A DNA stretch of 36,541 nucleotides. Origin: a virus (Duplodnaviria > Heunggongvirae > Uroviricota > Caudoviricetes). The stretch lies in the IMG/VR virus record IMGVR_UViG_648276647_000007, one strand, 5' to 3'. The stretch's first letter is position 1. Each line of letters opens with the position of its first letter. A program made the translations under genes and the position numbers. The notes below the pieces were generated by a model. The model saw only the letters and a list, made by a program, of their open reading frames with translations, did no database searches and was not told where the DNA came from. Below, in pieces: positions 8,639 to 22,736 of the stretch.

Positions 8639-8662
8639 GGCGTTGTATGCCACACAACGCCT
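8639..8662. terminator. Hairpin ggcgttgt-atgccac-acaacgcc between convergent genes
   Basis: Perfect 8-bp stem followed by T-rich sequence on the + strand; separates the TonB-C-like gene from the minus-strand small genes. Confidence 0.45.
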
Positions 8663-8668
8663 CACTGT

Positions 8669-8848
8669 TCATTTCTTCTTTTTCTCTGGTGGAACCCGAT
8701 GAATAAGAGTTGCACTGGTTTCCGATGAGATGGCGATATACTCGGGCAAAGTATGCTGGCAGTTTTCCAACTGGTCAAAAATACCTGCTCTCGTCTGTTG
8801 CAATGCCTGCAGCATGCGGCGGCAATGCGCCTTGCTTTTACTAACCAT
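8669..8848 (-). CDS. Hypothetical small protein (59 aa)
   Basis: ATG at 8848-8846 preceded on the minus strand by a strong RBS (gaggaaggaaag). The longer track ORF 8669-9022 would overlap the next gene, so the internal start is preferred. Confidence 0.4.
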   Translation of the reverse strand: MVSKSKAHCRRMLQALQQTRAGIFDQLENCQHTLPEYIAISSETSATLIHRVPPEKKKK

Positions 8849-8909
8849 CTTTCCTTCCTCTATCAGTCGCTGCGTGAACTCATCATGGAATACCAGGTAA
8901 ATGCGGATG

Positions 8910-9161
8910 TTATCGGTTTTGGCTACGCAGCATAGTACAAAACGGACAGGTGCATCCCGGGACGGGGGAGGCGTCACATGTCCCTGTGATGGTTGTTCCG
9001 GGTAATGTACTGTGTGGGGCATAAAAATGTCCGATAATTTTACTTTCTACCGCAGTTAGTTGATTCGTTGGTCCTGGTAGCACATTGGGCGAGGATTTAA
9101 ATGCCAGGCAACTGAAGGATGATGTCGCAAGGGAGATAGCGAGAATATTTCTGATTTTCAT
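8910..9161 (-). CDS. Hypothetical small secreted cysteine-containing protein (83 aa)
   Basis: Start MKIRNILAISLATSSFSCLA (signal-peptide-like) preceded by GAGG; mature part has a CDASPVPGCTCPFC cluster. Confidence 0.4.
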   Translation of the reverse strand: MKIRNILAISLATSSFSCLAFKSSPNVLPGPTNQLTAVESKIIGHFYAPHSTLPGTTITGTCDASPVPGCTCPFCTMLRSQNR

Positions 9162-9309
9162 TTGATGATGCCTCTGTGTGAAATGACGGTAAACGACGCA
9201 CTTGTGCCGGCACATAATAGCAAGCACCATAATAGATCAGATTCGATTCTTGCTGTAAGTGATAATTATTCTCGTTTTCGGGTCCTTTCCGTCGATCCAA
9301 CAGGTTACG

Positions 9310-9321
9310 GGGCGGCGACCT
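9310..9321 (+). other. cos: cos site: cosN cohesive-end sequence GGGCGGCGACCT (flanking cosQ/cosB expected)
   Basis: Exact lambda 12-nt cohesive end, preceded by ...caggttacg and followed by cgcgggttttcgctatttatgaaaattttccggtttaaggcg, as at the lambda genome junction; Nu1 starts about 190 bp downstream. Confidence 0.85.
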
Positions 9322-9498
9322 CGCGGGTTTTCGCTATTTATGAAAATTTTCCGGTTTAAGGCGTTTCCGTTCTTCTTCGCCGTAACTTAATGTTTTTATT
9401 TAAAACACTCCCTGAAAAGAAAGGAAACGACAGGTGCTGAAAACGGGCTTTTTGGCCTCTGTCGTTTCCTTTCTCTGTTTTTGTCCGTGGAATGAACA

Positions 9499-10018
9499 AT
9501 GGAAGTCAACAAAAAGCAGCTGGCTGACATTTTCGGCGCGAGTATCCGTACTATTCAGAACTGGCAGGAGCAGGGAATGCCCGTTCTGCGAGGCGGTGGG
9601 AAGGGTAATGAGGTGCTTTATGACTCTGCCGACGTCATAAAATGGTATGCCGAAAGGGATGCTGAAATTGAGAACGAAAAGCTGCGCCGGGAGGTTGAAG
9701 AACTGCGACAGGCCAGCGAGACAGATCTCCAGCCAGGGACTATTGAGTACGAACGCCATCGACTTACGCGTGCGCAGGCCGACGCACAGGAGCTGAAAAA
9801 TGCCAGAGACTCCGCTGAAGTGGTGGAAACCGCATTCTGTACTTTCGTGCTGTCGCGGATCGCAGGTGAAATTGCCAGTATTCTCGACGGGATCCCCCTG
9901 TCGGTGCAGCGGCGTTTTCCGGAACTGGAAAACCGACATGTTGATTTCCTGAAACGGGATATCATCAAAGCCATGAACAAAGCAGCCGCGCTGGATGAAC
10001 TGATACCGGGGTTGCTGA

Positions 10019-10044
<26 letters not shown>
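9499..10044 (+). CDS. nu1: Terminase small subunit Nu1
   Basis: 181 aa; near-identical to my recollection of lambda Nu1 (MEVNKKQLADIFGASIRTIQNWQEQGMPV...). Confidence 0.95.
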
Positions 10045-13725
<3,681 letters not shown>

Positions 13726-13745
<20 letters not shown>

Positions 13746-15045
13746 TCTCCCGCATATTGCCAGTATGGCCTTTAATGAGCCGCTGATGCTTGAACCCGCC
13801 TATGCGCGGGTTTTCTTTTGTGCGCTTGCAGGCCAGCTTGGGATCAGCCGCCTGACGGATGCGGTATCCGGCGACAGCCTGACTGCCGGAGAGGCACCCG
13901 CGGCGCTGGCGTTATCCGTTGATGATGACGGACCACGACAGGCCCGCAGTTATCAGGTCATGAACGGCATCGCCGTGCTGCCGGTGTCCGGCACGCTGGT
14001 CAGTCGGACGCGAGCGCTGCAGCCGTATTCGGGGATGACCGGTTACAACGGCATTATCGCCCGTCTGCAACAGGCTGCCAGCGACCCGATGGTGGACGGC
14101 ATTCTGCTCGATATGGATACGCCAGGCGGGATGGTGGCAGGGGCATTTGACTGCGCTGACATCATCGCCCGTGTGCGTGACATAAAGCCGGTATGGGCGC
14201 TGGCCAACGACATGAACTGCAGTGCAGGTCAGTTGCTTGCCAGCGCCGCCTCCCGACGTCTGGTCACGCAGACCGCCCGGACAGGCTCCATCGGCGTCAT
14301 GATGGCTCACAGTAATTACGGTGCTGCGCTGGAGAAACAGGGCGTGGAAATCACGCTGATTTACAGCGGCAGCCATAAGGTGGATGGCAACCCCTACAGC
14401 CATCTACCGGATGATGTCCGGGAAACACTGCAGTCCCGGATGGATGCAACCCGCCGGATGTTTGCACAGAAGGTGTCGGCATATACCGGCCTGTCCGTGC
14501 AGGCTGTGCTGGATACCGAGGCTGCAGTGTACAGCGGTCAGGAGGCCATTGATGCCGGACTGGCTGATGAACTTGTTAACAGTACCGATGCGATCACCGT
14601 CATGCGTGATGCACTGGATGCACGTAAATCCCGTCTCTCAGGAGGGCGAATGACCAAAGAGACTCAATCAACAACTGTTTCAGCCACTGCTTCGCAGGCT
14701 GACGTTACTGGCGTGGTGCCAGCGACGGAGGGCGAGAACGCCAGCGCTGCGCAGCCGGACGTGAACGCGCAGATCACCGCAGCGGTTGCGGCAGAAAACA
14801 GTCGCATTATGGGGATCCTCAACTGTGAGGAAGCTCACGGACGCGAAGAACAGGCACGCGTGCTGGCCGAAACCCCTGGTATGACCGTGGAAACGGCCCG
14901 CCGCATTCTGGCAGTTGCACCACAGAGTGCACAGGCGCGCAGTGACACTGCGCTGGATCGTCTGATGCAGGGGGCACCGGCACCGCTGGCTGCAGGTAAC
15001 CTGGCATCTGATGCCGTTAACGATTTGCTGAACACACCAGTGTAA
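13726..15045 (+). CDS. C: Capsid maturation protease / scaffold C
   Basis: GTG start at 13726 (VTAELRNLPHIASMAFNEP...), 439 aa as in lambda gpC; track ORF extends upstream without support. Confidence 0.85.
14440..15045 (+). CDS. nu3: Scaffolding protein Nu3 (in-frame internal start within C)
   Basis: In-frame ATG (MDATRRMFAQ...) at the position corresponding to lambda nu3. Start assignment is by synteny and recall. Confidence 0.55.
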   Translation: MDATRRMFAQKVSAYTGLSVQAVLDTEAAVYSGQEAIDAGLADELVNSTDAITVMRDALDARKSRLSGGRMTKETQSTTVSATASQADVTGVVPATEGENASAAQPDVNAQITAAVAAENSRIMGILNCEEAHGREEQARVLAETPGMTVETARRILAVAPQSAQARSDTALDRLMQGAPAPLAAGNLASDAVNDLLNTPV

Positions 15046-15054
15046 GGGATGTTT

Positions 15055-15387
15055 ATGACGAGCAAAGAAACCTTTACCCATTACCAGCCGCTGGGCAACA
15101 GTGACCCGGCTCATACCGCAACCGCGCCCGGCGGATTGAGTGCGAAAGCGCCTGCAATGACCCCGCTGATGCTGGACACCTCCAGCCGTAAGCTGGTTGC
15201 GTGGGATGGCACCACCGACGGTGCTGCCGTTGGCATTCTTGCGGTTGCTGCTGACCAGACCAGCACCACGCTGACGTTCTACAAGTCCGGCACGTTCCGT
15301 TATGAGGATGTGCTCTGGCCGGAGGCTGCCAGCGACGAGACGAAAAAACGGACCGCGTTTGCCGGAACGGCAATCAGCATCGTTTAA
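15055..15387 (+). CDS. D: Head decoration protein D
   Basis: 110 aa from [12 protein letters not shown]...; lambda gpD. Confidence 0.9.
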   Translation: MTSKETFTHYQPLGNSDPAHTATAPGGLSAKAPAMTPLMLDTSSRKLVAWDGTTDGAAVGILAVAADQTSTTLTFYKSGTFRYEDVLWPEAASDETKKRTAFAGTAISIV

Positions 15388-15406
15388 CTTTACCCTTCAT
15401 CACTAA

Positions 15407-15429
15407 AGGCCGCCTGTGCGGCTTTTTTT
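15407..15429 (+). terminator. Weak hairpin + T7 tract between D and E (partial terminator/attenuator)
   Basis: gccgc-ctgt-gcggc stem followed by ttttttt. Confidence 0.35.
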
Positions 15430-15442
15430 ACGGGATTTTTTT

Positions 15443-16468
15443 ATGTCGATGTACACAACCGCCCAGCTGCTGGCGGCAAATGAGCAGAAATTTAAGTTTG
15501 ATCCGCTGTTTCTGCGTCTCTTTTTCCGTGAGAGCTATCCCTTCACCACGGAGAAAGTCTATCTCTCACAAATTCCGGGACTGGTAAACATGGCGCTGTA
15601 CGTTTCGCCGATTGTTTCCGGTGAGGTTATCCGTTCCCGTGGCGGCTCCACCTCTGAATTTACGCCGGGATATGTCAAGCCGAAGCATGAAGTGAATCCG
15701 CAGATGACCCTGCGTCGCCTGCCGGATGAAGATCCGCAGAATCTGGTGGACCCGGCTTACCGCCGCCGTCGCATCATCATGCAGAACATGCGTGACGAAG
15801 AGCTGGCCATTGCTCAGGTCGAAGAGATGCAGGCAGTTTCTGCCGTGCTTAAGGGCAAATACACCATGACCGGTGAAGCCTTCGATCCGGTTGAGGTGGA
15901 TATGGGCCGCAGTGAGGAGAATAACATCACGCAGTCCGGCGGCACGGAGTGGAGCAAGCGTGACAAGTCCACGTATGACCCGACCGACGATATCGAAGCC
16001 TACGCGCTGAACGCCAGCGGTGTGGTGAATATCATCGTGTTCGATCCGAAAGGCTGGGCGCTGTTCCGTTCCTTCAAAGCCGTCAAGGAGAAGCTGGATA
16101 CCCGTCGTGGCTCTAATTCCGAGCTGGAGACAGCGGTGAAAGACCTGGGTAAAGCGGTGTCCTATAAGGGGATGTATGGCGATGTGGCCATCGTCGTGTA
16201 TTCCGGACAGTACGTGGAAAACGGCGTCAAAAAGAACTTCCTGCCGGACAACACGATGGTGCTGGGGAACACTCAGGCACGCGGTCTGCGCACCTATGGC
16301 TGCATTCAGGATGCGGACGCACAGCGCGAAGGCATTAACGCCTCTGCCCGTTACCCGAAAAACTGGGTGACCACCGGCGATCCGGCGCGTGAGTTCACCA
16401 TGATTCAGTCAGCACCGCTGATGCTGCTGGCTGACCCTGATGAGTTCGTGTCCGTACAACTGGCGTAA
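15443..16468 (+). CDS. E: Major capsid protein E
   Basis: 341 aa from MSMYTTAQLLAANEQKF...; lambda gpE. Confidence 0.95.
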   Translation: MSMYTTAQLLAANEQKFKFDPLFLRLFFRESYPFTTEKVYLSQIPGLVNMALYVSPIVSGEVIRSRGGSTSEFTPGYVKPKHEVNPQMTLRRLPDEDPQNLVDPAYRRRRIIMQNMRDEELAIAQVEEMQAVSAVLKGKYTMTGEAFDPVEVDMGRSEENNITQSGGTEWSKRDKSTYDPTDDIEAYALNASGVVNIIVFDPKGWALFRSFKAVKEKLDTRRGSNSELETAVKDLGKAVSYKGMYGDVAIVVYSGQYVENGVKKNFLPDNTMVLGNTQARGLRTYGCIQDADAQREGINASARYPKNWVTTGDPAREFTMIQSAPLMLLADPDEFVSVQLA

Positions 16469-16509
16469 TCATGGCCCTTCGGGGCCATTGTTTCTCTGTG
16501 GAGGAGTCC

Positions 16510-16908
16510 ATGACGAAAGATGAACTGATTGCCCGTCTCCGCTCGCTGGGTGAACAACTGAACCGTGATGTCAGCCTGACGGGGACGAAAGAAGAACTGG
16601 CGCTCCGTGTGGCAGAGCTGGAAGAGGAGCTTGATGACACGGATGAAACTGCCGGTCAGGACACCCCTCTCAGCCGGGAAAATGTGCTGACCGGACATGA
16701 AAATGAGGTGGGATCAGCGCAGCCGGATACCGTGATTCTGGATACGTCTGAACTGGTCACGGTCGTGGCACTGGTGACGCTGCATACTGATGCACTTCAC
16801 GCCACGCGGGATGAACCTGTGGCATTTGTGCTTCCGGGAACGGCGTTCCGTGTCTCTGCCGGTGTGGCAGCCGAAATGACAGAACGTGGCCTGGCCAGAA
16901 TGCAATAA
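16510..16908 (+). CDS. DNA packaging protein FI
   Basis: 132 aa from MTKDELIARLRSLGEQLN...; lambda gpFI position and size. Confidence 0.85.
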   Translation: MTKDELIARLRSLGEQLNRDVSLTGTKEELALRVAELEEELDDTDETAGQDTPLSRENVLTGHENEVGSAQPDTVILDTSELVTVVALVTLHTDALHATRDEPVAFVLPGTAFRVSAGVAAEMTERGLARMQ

Positions 16909-16919
16909 CGGGAGGCGCT

Positions 16920-17273
16920 GTGGCTGATTTCGATAACCTGTTCGATGCTGCCATTGCCCGCGCCGATGAAACGATACGCGGGTACATGGGAACGTCAGCC
17001 ACCATGACATCCGGTGAGCAGTCCGGCGCAGTAATACGTGGTGTTTTTGATGACCCTGAAAATATCAGCTATGCCGGACAGGGCGTGCGCGTTGAAGGCT
17101 CCAGCCCGTCCCTGTTTGTCCGGACTGATGATGTGCGGCAGCTGCGGCGCGGCGACACGCTGACCATCGGTGAGGAAAACTTCTGGATAGACCGGATTTC
17201 GACGGATGATGGCGGAAGCTGTCATCTCTGGCTTGGGCGTGGCGTGCCGCCTGCCGTTAACCGTCGTCGCTGA
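16920..17273 (+). CDS. Head-tail joining protein FII
   Basis: 117 aa; lambda gpFII position and size. Confidence 0.9.
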   Translation: MADFDNLFDAAIARADETIRGYMGTSATMTSGEQSGAVIRGVFDDPENISYAGQGVRVEGSSPSLFVRTDDVRQLRRGDTLTIGEENFWIDRISTDDGGSCHLWLGRGVPPAVNRRR

Positions 17274-17284
17274 AGGGGGGATGT

Positions 17285-17863
17285 ATGGCCATAAAAGGTC
17301 TTGAGCAGGCCGTTGAAAACCTCAGCCGTATCAGCAGAACGGCGGTGCCCGGTGCCGCCGCAATGGCCATTAACCGCGTTGCTTCATCCGCGATATCGCA
17401 GTCGGCGTCACAGGTTGCCCGTGAGACAAAGGTACGCCGGAAACTGGTTAAGGAAAGGGCCAGGCTGAAAAGGGCCACGGTCAAAAATCCGCAGGCCAGA
17501 ATCAAGGTTAACCGGGGGGATTTGCCCGTAATCAGGCTGGGTAACGCGCGGGTTGTCCTGTCCCGACGCAGGCGTCGTAAAAAGGGGCAGCGTTCATCCC
17601 TGAAAGGTGGCGACAGCGTGCTTGTGGTGGGAAACCGTCGTATTCCCGGCGCGTTTATTCAGCAACTGAAAAATGGCCGGTGGCATGTCATGCAGCGTGT
17701 GGCCGGGAAAAACCGTTACCCCATTGATGTGGTGAAAATCCCGATGGCAGTGCCGCTGACCACGGCGTTTAAACAGAATATTGAGCGGATACGGCGTGAA
17801 CGTCTTCCGAAAGAGCTGGGCTATGCGCTGCAGCATCAACTGAGGATGGTAATAAAGCGATGA
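17285..17863 (+). CDS. Z: Tail completion protein Z
   Basis: 192 aa; lambda gpZ position and size. Confidence 0.9.
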   Translation: MAIKGLEQAVENLSRISRTAVPGAAAMAINRVASSAISQSASQVARETKVRRKLVKERARLKRATVKNPQARIKVNRGDLPVIRLGNARVVLSRRRRRKKGQRSSLKGGDSVLVVGNRRIPGAFIQQLKNGRWHVMQRVAGKNRYPIDVVKIPMAVPLTTAFKQNIERIRRERLPKELGYALQHQLRMVIKR

Positions 17864-18255
17864 AACATACAGAACTCCGTGCAGCCGTACTGGATGCACT
17901 GGAAAAACATGACACCGGGGCGACGCTTTTTGATGGTCGCCCCGCTGTTTTTGATGAGGAGGATTTTCCGGCAGTTGCCGTTTATCTCACCGGCGCTGAA
18001 TACACGGGCGAAGAGCTGGACAGCGATACCTGGCAGGCGGAGCTGCATATTGAAGTTTTCCTGCCTGCTCAGGTGCCGGATTCAGAGCTGGATTCGTGGA
18101 TGGAGTCCCGGATTTATCCGGTGATGAGCGATGTCCCGGCACTGTCAGATTTGATCACCAGTATGGTGGCCAGTGGCTATGACTACCGGCGCGACGATGA
18201 TGCGGGCCTGTGGAGTTCAGCCGATCTGACTTATGTCATTACCTATGAAATGTGA
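17860..18255 (+). CDS. U: Tail terminator protein U
   Basis: 131 aa; ATGA-coupled to Z; lambda gpU. Confidence 0.9.
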   Translation: MKHTELRAAVLDALEKHDTGATLFDGRPAVFDEEDFPAVAVYLTGAEYTGEELDSDTWQAELHIEVFLPAQVPDSELDSWMESRIYPVMSDVPALSDLITSMVASGYDYRRDDDAGLWSSADLTYVITYEM

Positions 18256-18262
18256 GGACGAT

Positions 18263-19003
18263 ATGCCTGTACCAAATCCAGTAATGCCGGTGAAAGGGGC
18301 CGGGACCACCCTGTGGGTTTATAAGGGGAACGGTGACCCTTATGCGAACCCGCTTTCAGACGTTGACTGGTCGCGTCTGGCTAAAGTTAAAGACCTGACG
18401 CCCGGCGAACTGAGCGCTGAGTCCTATGACGACAGCTATCTCGATGATGAAGATGCGGACTGGACTGCGACCGGGCAGGGGCAGAAATCTGCCGGAGATA
18501 CCAGCTTCACGCTGGCGTGGATGCCCGGAGAGCAGGGGCAGCAGGCGCTGCTGGCGTGGTTTAATGAAGGGGATACCCGTGCCTATAAAATCCGCTTCCC
18601 GAACGGCACGGTCGATGTGTTCCGCGGCTGGGTCAGCAGTATCGGTAAGGCGGTGACGGCGAAGGAAGTGATCACCCGCACGGTGAAAGTCACCAACGTG
18701 GGACGTCCGTCGATGGCAGAAGATCGCAGCACGGTGACGGCGACAACCGGCATGACGGTGACACCCGCCAGTGCTTCCGTAGTGAAAGGGCAGAGCACTA
18801 CGCTGACCGTGGCATTCCAGCCGGAGGGCGCAACCGACAAGAGCTTCCGTGCGGTGTCTGCGGATAAAACAAAAGCCACCGTGTCGGTCAGCGGTATGAC
18901 CATCACCGTGAACGGCGTTGCTGCAGGCAAGGTCAACATTCCGGTTGTATCCGGTAATGGTGAGTTTGCTGCGGTTGCAGAAATCACCGTCACCGCCAGT
19001 TAA
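18263..19003 (+). CDS. V: Major tail tube protein V (with C-terminal Ig-like domain)
   Basis: 246 aa from [22 protein letters not shown]...; lambda gpV. Confidence 0.9.
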   Translation: MPVPNPVMPVKGAGTTLWVYKGNGDPYANPLSDVDWSRLAKVKDLTPGELSAESYDDSYLDDEDADWTATGQGQKSAGDTSFTLAWMPGEQGQQALLAWFNEGDTRAYKIRFPNGTVDVFRGWVSSIGKAVTAKEVITRTVKVTNVGRPSMAEDRSTVTATTGMTVTPASASVVKGQSTTLTVAFQPEGATDKSFRAVSADKTKATVSVSGMTITVNGVAAGKVNIPVVSGNGEFAAVAEITVTAS

Positions 19004-19018
19004 TCCGGAGAGTCAGCG

Positions 19019-19441
19019 ATGTTCCTGAAAACCGAATCATTTGAATATAACGGCGTGACCGTCACGCTTTCTGAACTGTCAGCCCTGCAGCGTATTGAGC
19101 ATCTTGCCCTGATGAAACGGCAGGCAGAACCGGCGGGATCCGACAGCAACCGGCAGGTTACTGTGGAAGACGTCATCAGAACCGGCGCGTTTCTGGTGGC
19201 GATGTCCCTGTGGCATAACCATCCGAAGAAGACGCAGATGCCGTCCATGAATGAAGCCGTTAAACAGATTGAGCAGGAAGTGCTTACCACCTGGCCCACA
19301 GAGGCAATTTCTCATGCTGAAAACGTGGTGTACCGGCTGTCCGGTATGTATGAGTTTGTGGTGAATAATGCCCCCGAACAGGCAGAGGACGCCGGGCCTG
19401 CAGAGCCTGTTTCTGCGGGAAAGTGTTCGACGGTGAGCTGA
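19019..19441 (+). CDS. G: Tail assembly chaperone G
   Basis: 140 aa; lambda gpG. Confidence 0.9.
   Translation: MFLKTESFEYNGVTVTLSELSALQRIEHLALMKRQAEPAGSDSNRQVTVEDVIRTGAFLVAMSLWHNHPKKTQMPSMNEAVKQIEQEVLTTWPTEAISHAENVVYRLSGMYEFVVNNAPEQAEDAGPAEPVSAGKCSTVS
19417..19423 (+). promoter_or_regulatory. Programmed -1 ribosomal frameshift slippery heptamer G_GGA_AAG (G to G-T)
   Basis: Heptamer GGGAAAG sits in the G frame about 6 codons before the G stop; the -1 frame continues as the T ORF (19423-19857). This is the conserved lambda G/GT mechanism. Confidence 0.8.
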
Positions 19442-19857
19442 GTTTTGCCCTGAAACTGGCGCGTGAGATGGGGCGACCCGACTGGCGTGCCATGCTTGCC
19501 GGGATGTCATCCACGGAGTATGCCGACTGGCACCGCTTTTACAGTACCCATTATTTTCATGATGTTCTGCTGGATATGCACTTTTCCGGGCTGACGTACA
19601 CCGTGCTCAGCCTGTTTTTCAGCGATCCGGATATGCATCCGCTGGATTTCAGTCTGCTGAACCGGCGCGAGGCTGACGAAGAGCCTGAAGATGATGTGCT
19701 GATGCAGAAAGCGGCAGGGCTTGCCGGAGGTGTCCGCTTTGGCCCGGACGGGAATGAAGTTATCCCCGCTTCCCCGGATGTGGCGGACATGACGGAGGAT
19801 GACGTAATGCTGATGACAGTATCAGAAGGGATCGCAGGAGGAGTCCGGTATGGCTGA
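19423..19857 (+). CDS. T: T portion of the G-T frameshift fusion tail assembly chaperone
   Basis: -1 frame ORF of 144 aa directly following the slippery site; no independent ATG or RBS, consistent with expression only as a G-T fusion. Confidence 0.8.
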   Translation: MFDGELSFALKLAREMGRPDWRAMLAGMSSTEYADWHRFYSTHYFHDVLLDMHFSGLTYTVLSLFFSDPDMHPLDFSLLNRREADEEPEDDVLMQKAAGLAGGVRFGPDGNEVIPASPDVADMTEDDVMLMTVSEGIAGGVRYG

Positions 19858-22410
19858 ACCGGTAGGCGATCTGGTCGTTGATTTGAGTCTGGATGCGGCC
19901 AGATTTGACGAGCAGATGGCCAGAGTCAGGCGTCATTTTTCCGGTACGGAAAGTGATGCGAAAAAAACAGCGGCAGTCGTTGAACAGTCGCTGAGCCGAC
20001 AGGCGCTGGCTGCACAGAAAGCGGGGATTTCCGTCGGGCAGTATAAAGCCGCCATGCGTATGCTGCCTGCACAGTTCACCGACGTGGCCACGCAGCTTGC
20101 AGGCGGGCAAAGTCCGTGGCTGATCCTGCTGCAACAGGGGGGGCAGGTGAAGGACTCCTTCGGCGGGATGATCCCCATGTTCAGGGGGCTTGCCGGTGCG
20201 ATCACCCTGCCGATGGTGGGGGCCACCTCGCTGGCGGTGGCGACCGGTGCGCTGGCGTATGCCTGGTATCAGGGCAACTCAACCCTGTCCGATTTCAACA
20301 AAACGCTGGTCCTTTCCGGCAATCAGGCGGGTCTGACGGCAGATCGTATGCTGGTCCTGTCCAGAGCCGGGCAGGCGGCAGGGCTGACGTTTAACCAGAC
20401 CAGCGAGTCACTCAGCGCACTGGTTAAGGCGGGGGTAAGCGGTGAGGCTCAGATTGCGTCCATCAGCCAGAGTGTGGCGCGTTTCTCCTCTGCATCCGGC
20501 GTGGAGGTGGACAAGGTCGCTGAAGCCTTCGGGAAGCTGACCACAGACCCGACGTCGGGGCTGACGGCGATGGCACGCCAGTTCCATAACGTGACGGCGG
20601 AGCAGATTGCGTATGTTGCTCAGTTGCAGCGTTCCGGCGATGAAGCCGGGGCATTGCAGGCGGCGAACGAGGCCGCAACGAAAGGGTTTGATGACCAGAC
20701 CCGCCGCCTGAAAGAGAACATGGGCACGCTGGAGACCTGGGCAGACAGGACTGCGCGGGCATTCAAATCCATGTGGGATGCGTGCTGGATATTGGTCGTC
20801 CTGATACCGCGCAGGAGATGCTGATTAAGGCAGAGGCTGCGTTTAAGAAAGCAGACGACATCTGGAATCTGCGCAAGGATGATTATTTTGTTAACGATGA
20901 AGCGCGGGCGCGTTACTGGGATGATCGTGAAAAGGCCCGTCTTGCGCTTGAAGCCGCCCGAAAGAAGGCTGAACAGCAGAGTCAACAGGACAAAAATGCG
21001 CAGCAGCAGAGCGATACCGAAGCGTCACGGCTGAAATATACCGAAGAGGCGCAGAAGGCTTACGAACGGCTGCAGACGCCGCTGGAGAAATATGCCGCCC
21101 GTCAGGAAGAACTGAATAAGGCCCTGAAAGACGGAAAAATCCTGCAGGCAGATTACAACACGCTGATGGCGGCAGCGAAAAAGGACTATGAAACGACACT
21201 GAAAAAGCCGAAGCAGTCCGGCGTGAAGGTGTCTGCGGGCGATCGTCAGGAAGACAGTGCTCATGCTGCCCTGCTGACGCTTCAGGCTGAACTCCGGACG
21301 CTGGAGAAGCATGCCGGAGCAAATGAGAAAATCAGCCAGCAGCGCCGGGATTTGTGGAAGGCGGAGAGTCAGTTCGCGGTACTGGAGGAGGCGGCGCAAC
21401 GTCGCCAGCTGTCTGTACAGGAGAAATCCCTGCTGGCGCATAAAGATGAGACGCTGGAGTACAAACGCCAGCTGGCTGCACTTGGCGACAAGGTTACGTA
21501 TCAGGAGCGCCTGAACGCGCTGGCGCAGCAGGCGGATAAATTCGCACAGCAGCAACGGGCAAAACGGGCCGCCATTGATGCGAAAAGCCGGGGGCTGACT
21601 GACCGGCAGGCAGAACGGGAAGCCACGGAACAGCGCCTGAAGGAACAGTATGGCGATAATCCGCTGGCGCTGAATAACGTCATGTCAGAGCAGAAAAAGA
21701 CCTGGGCGGCTGAAGACCAGCTTCGCGGGAACTGGATGGCAGGCCTGAAGTCCGGCTGGAGTGAGTGGGAAGAGAGCGCCACGGACAGTATGTCGCAGGT
21801 AAAAAGTGCAGCCACGCAGACCTTTGATGGTATTGCACAGAATATGGCGGCGATGCTGACCGGCAGTGAGCAGAACTGGCGCAGCTTCACCCGTTCCGTG
21901 CTGTCCATGATGACAGAAATTCTGCTTAAGCAGGCAATGGTGGGGATTGTCGGGAGTATCGGCAGCGCCATTGGCGGGGCTGTTGGTGGCGGCGCATCCG
22001 CGTCAGGCGGTACAGCCATTCAGGCCGCTGCGGCGAAATTCCATTTTGCAACCGGAGGATTTACGGGAACCGGCGGCAAATATGAGCCAGCGGGGATTGT
22101 TCACCGTGGTGAGTTTGTCTTCACGAAGGAGGCAACCAGCCGGATTGGCGTGGGGAATCTTTACCGGCTGATGCGCGGCTATGCCACCGGCGGTTATGTC
22201 GGTACACCGGGCAGCATGGCAGACAGCCGGTCGCAGGCGTCCGGGACGTTTGAGCAGAATAACCATGTGGTGATTAACAACGACGGCACGAACGGGCAGA
22301 TAGGTCCGGCTGCTCTGAAGGCGGTGTATGACATGGCCCGCAAGGGTGCCCGTGATGAAATTCAGACACAGATGCGTGATGGTGGCCTGTTCTCCGGAGG
22401 TGGACGATGA
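19850..22410 (+). pseudogene. H: Tail tape-measure protein H, interrupted by a 1-nt frameshift near 20781-20784
   Basis: Two ORFs (19850-20824 and 20773-22410, different frames) together span the length and position of lambda H (853 aa). The upstream frame reads ...FKSMWDA then CWILVVLIPRRRC-stop; the other frame continues GCVLDIGRPDTAQEML..., so restoring one base after gatgcg would rejoin them. Confidence 0.8.
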
Positions 22411-22736
22411 AGACCTTCCGCTGGAAAGTGAAACCCGGTATGGATGTGGCTTCGGTCCCTTCTGTAAGAAAGGTGCGCTTTGGTGATGGCTATTCTCAGC
22501 GAGCGCCTGCCGGGCTGAATGCCAACCTGAAAACGTACAGCGTGACGCTTTCTGTCCCCCGTGAGGAGGCCACGGTACTGGAGTCGTTTCTGGAAGAGCA
22601 CGGGGGCTGGAAATCCTTTCTGTGGACGCCGCCTTATGAGTGGCGGCAGATAAAGGTGACCTGCGCAAAATGGTCGTCGCGGGTCAGTATGCTGCGTGTT
22701 GAGTTCAGCGCAGAGTTTGAACAGGTGGTGAACTGA
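22407..22736 (+). CDS. M: Tail tip protein M
   Basis: 109 aa; lambda gpM. Confidence 0.9.
   Translation: MKTFRWKVKPGMDVASVPSVRKVRFGDGYSQRAPAGLNANLKTYSVTLSVPREEATVLESFLEEHGGWKSFLWTPPYEWRQIKVTCAKWSSRVSMLRVEFSAEFEQVVN

Noticed and set aside
8753-8935. 60-aa plus-strand ORF near cos (possible lambdap79-like)
   Set aside because: Overlaps antisense to the minus-strand small gene that has a much stronger RBS, and has no clear RBS itself. Not fully excluded; strand assignment here is uncertain.
20773-20790. Possibility that the H break is a programmed frameshift
   Set aside because: No slippery heptamer or downstream structure at the site, and lambda H is a single ORF; a mutation or sequencing error is the simpler explanation.
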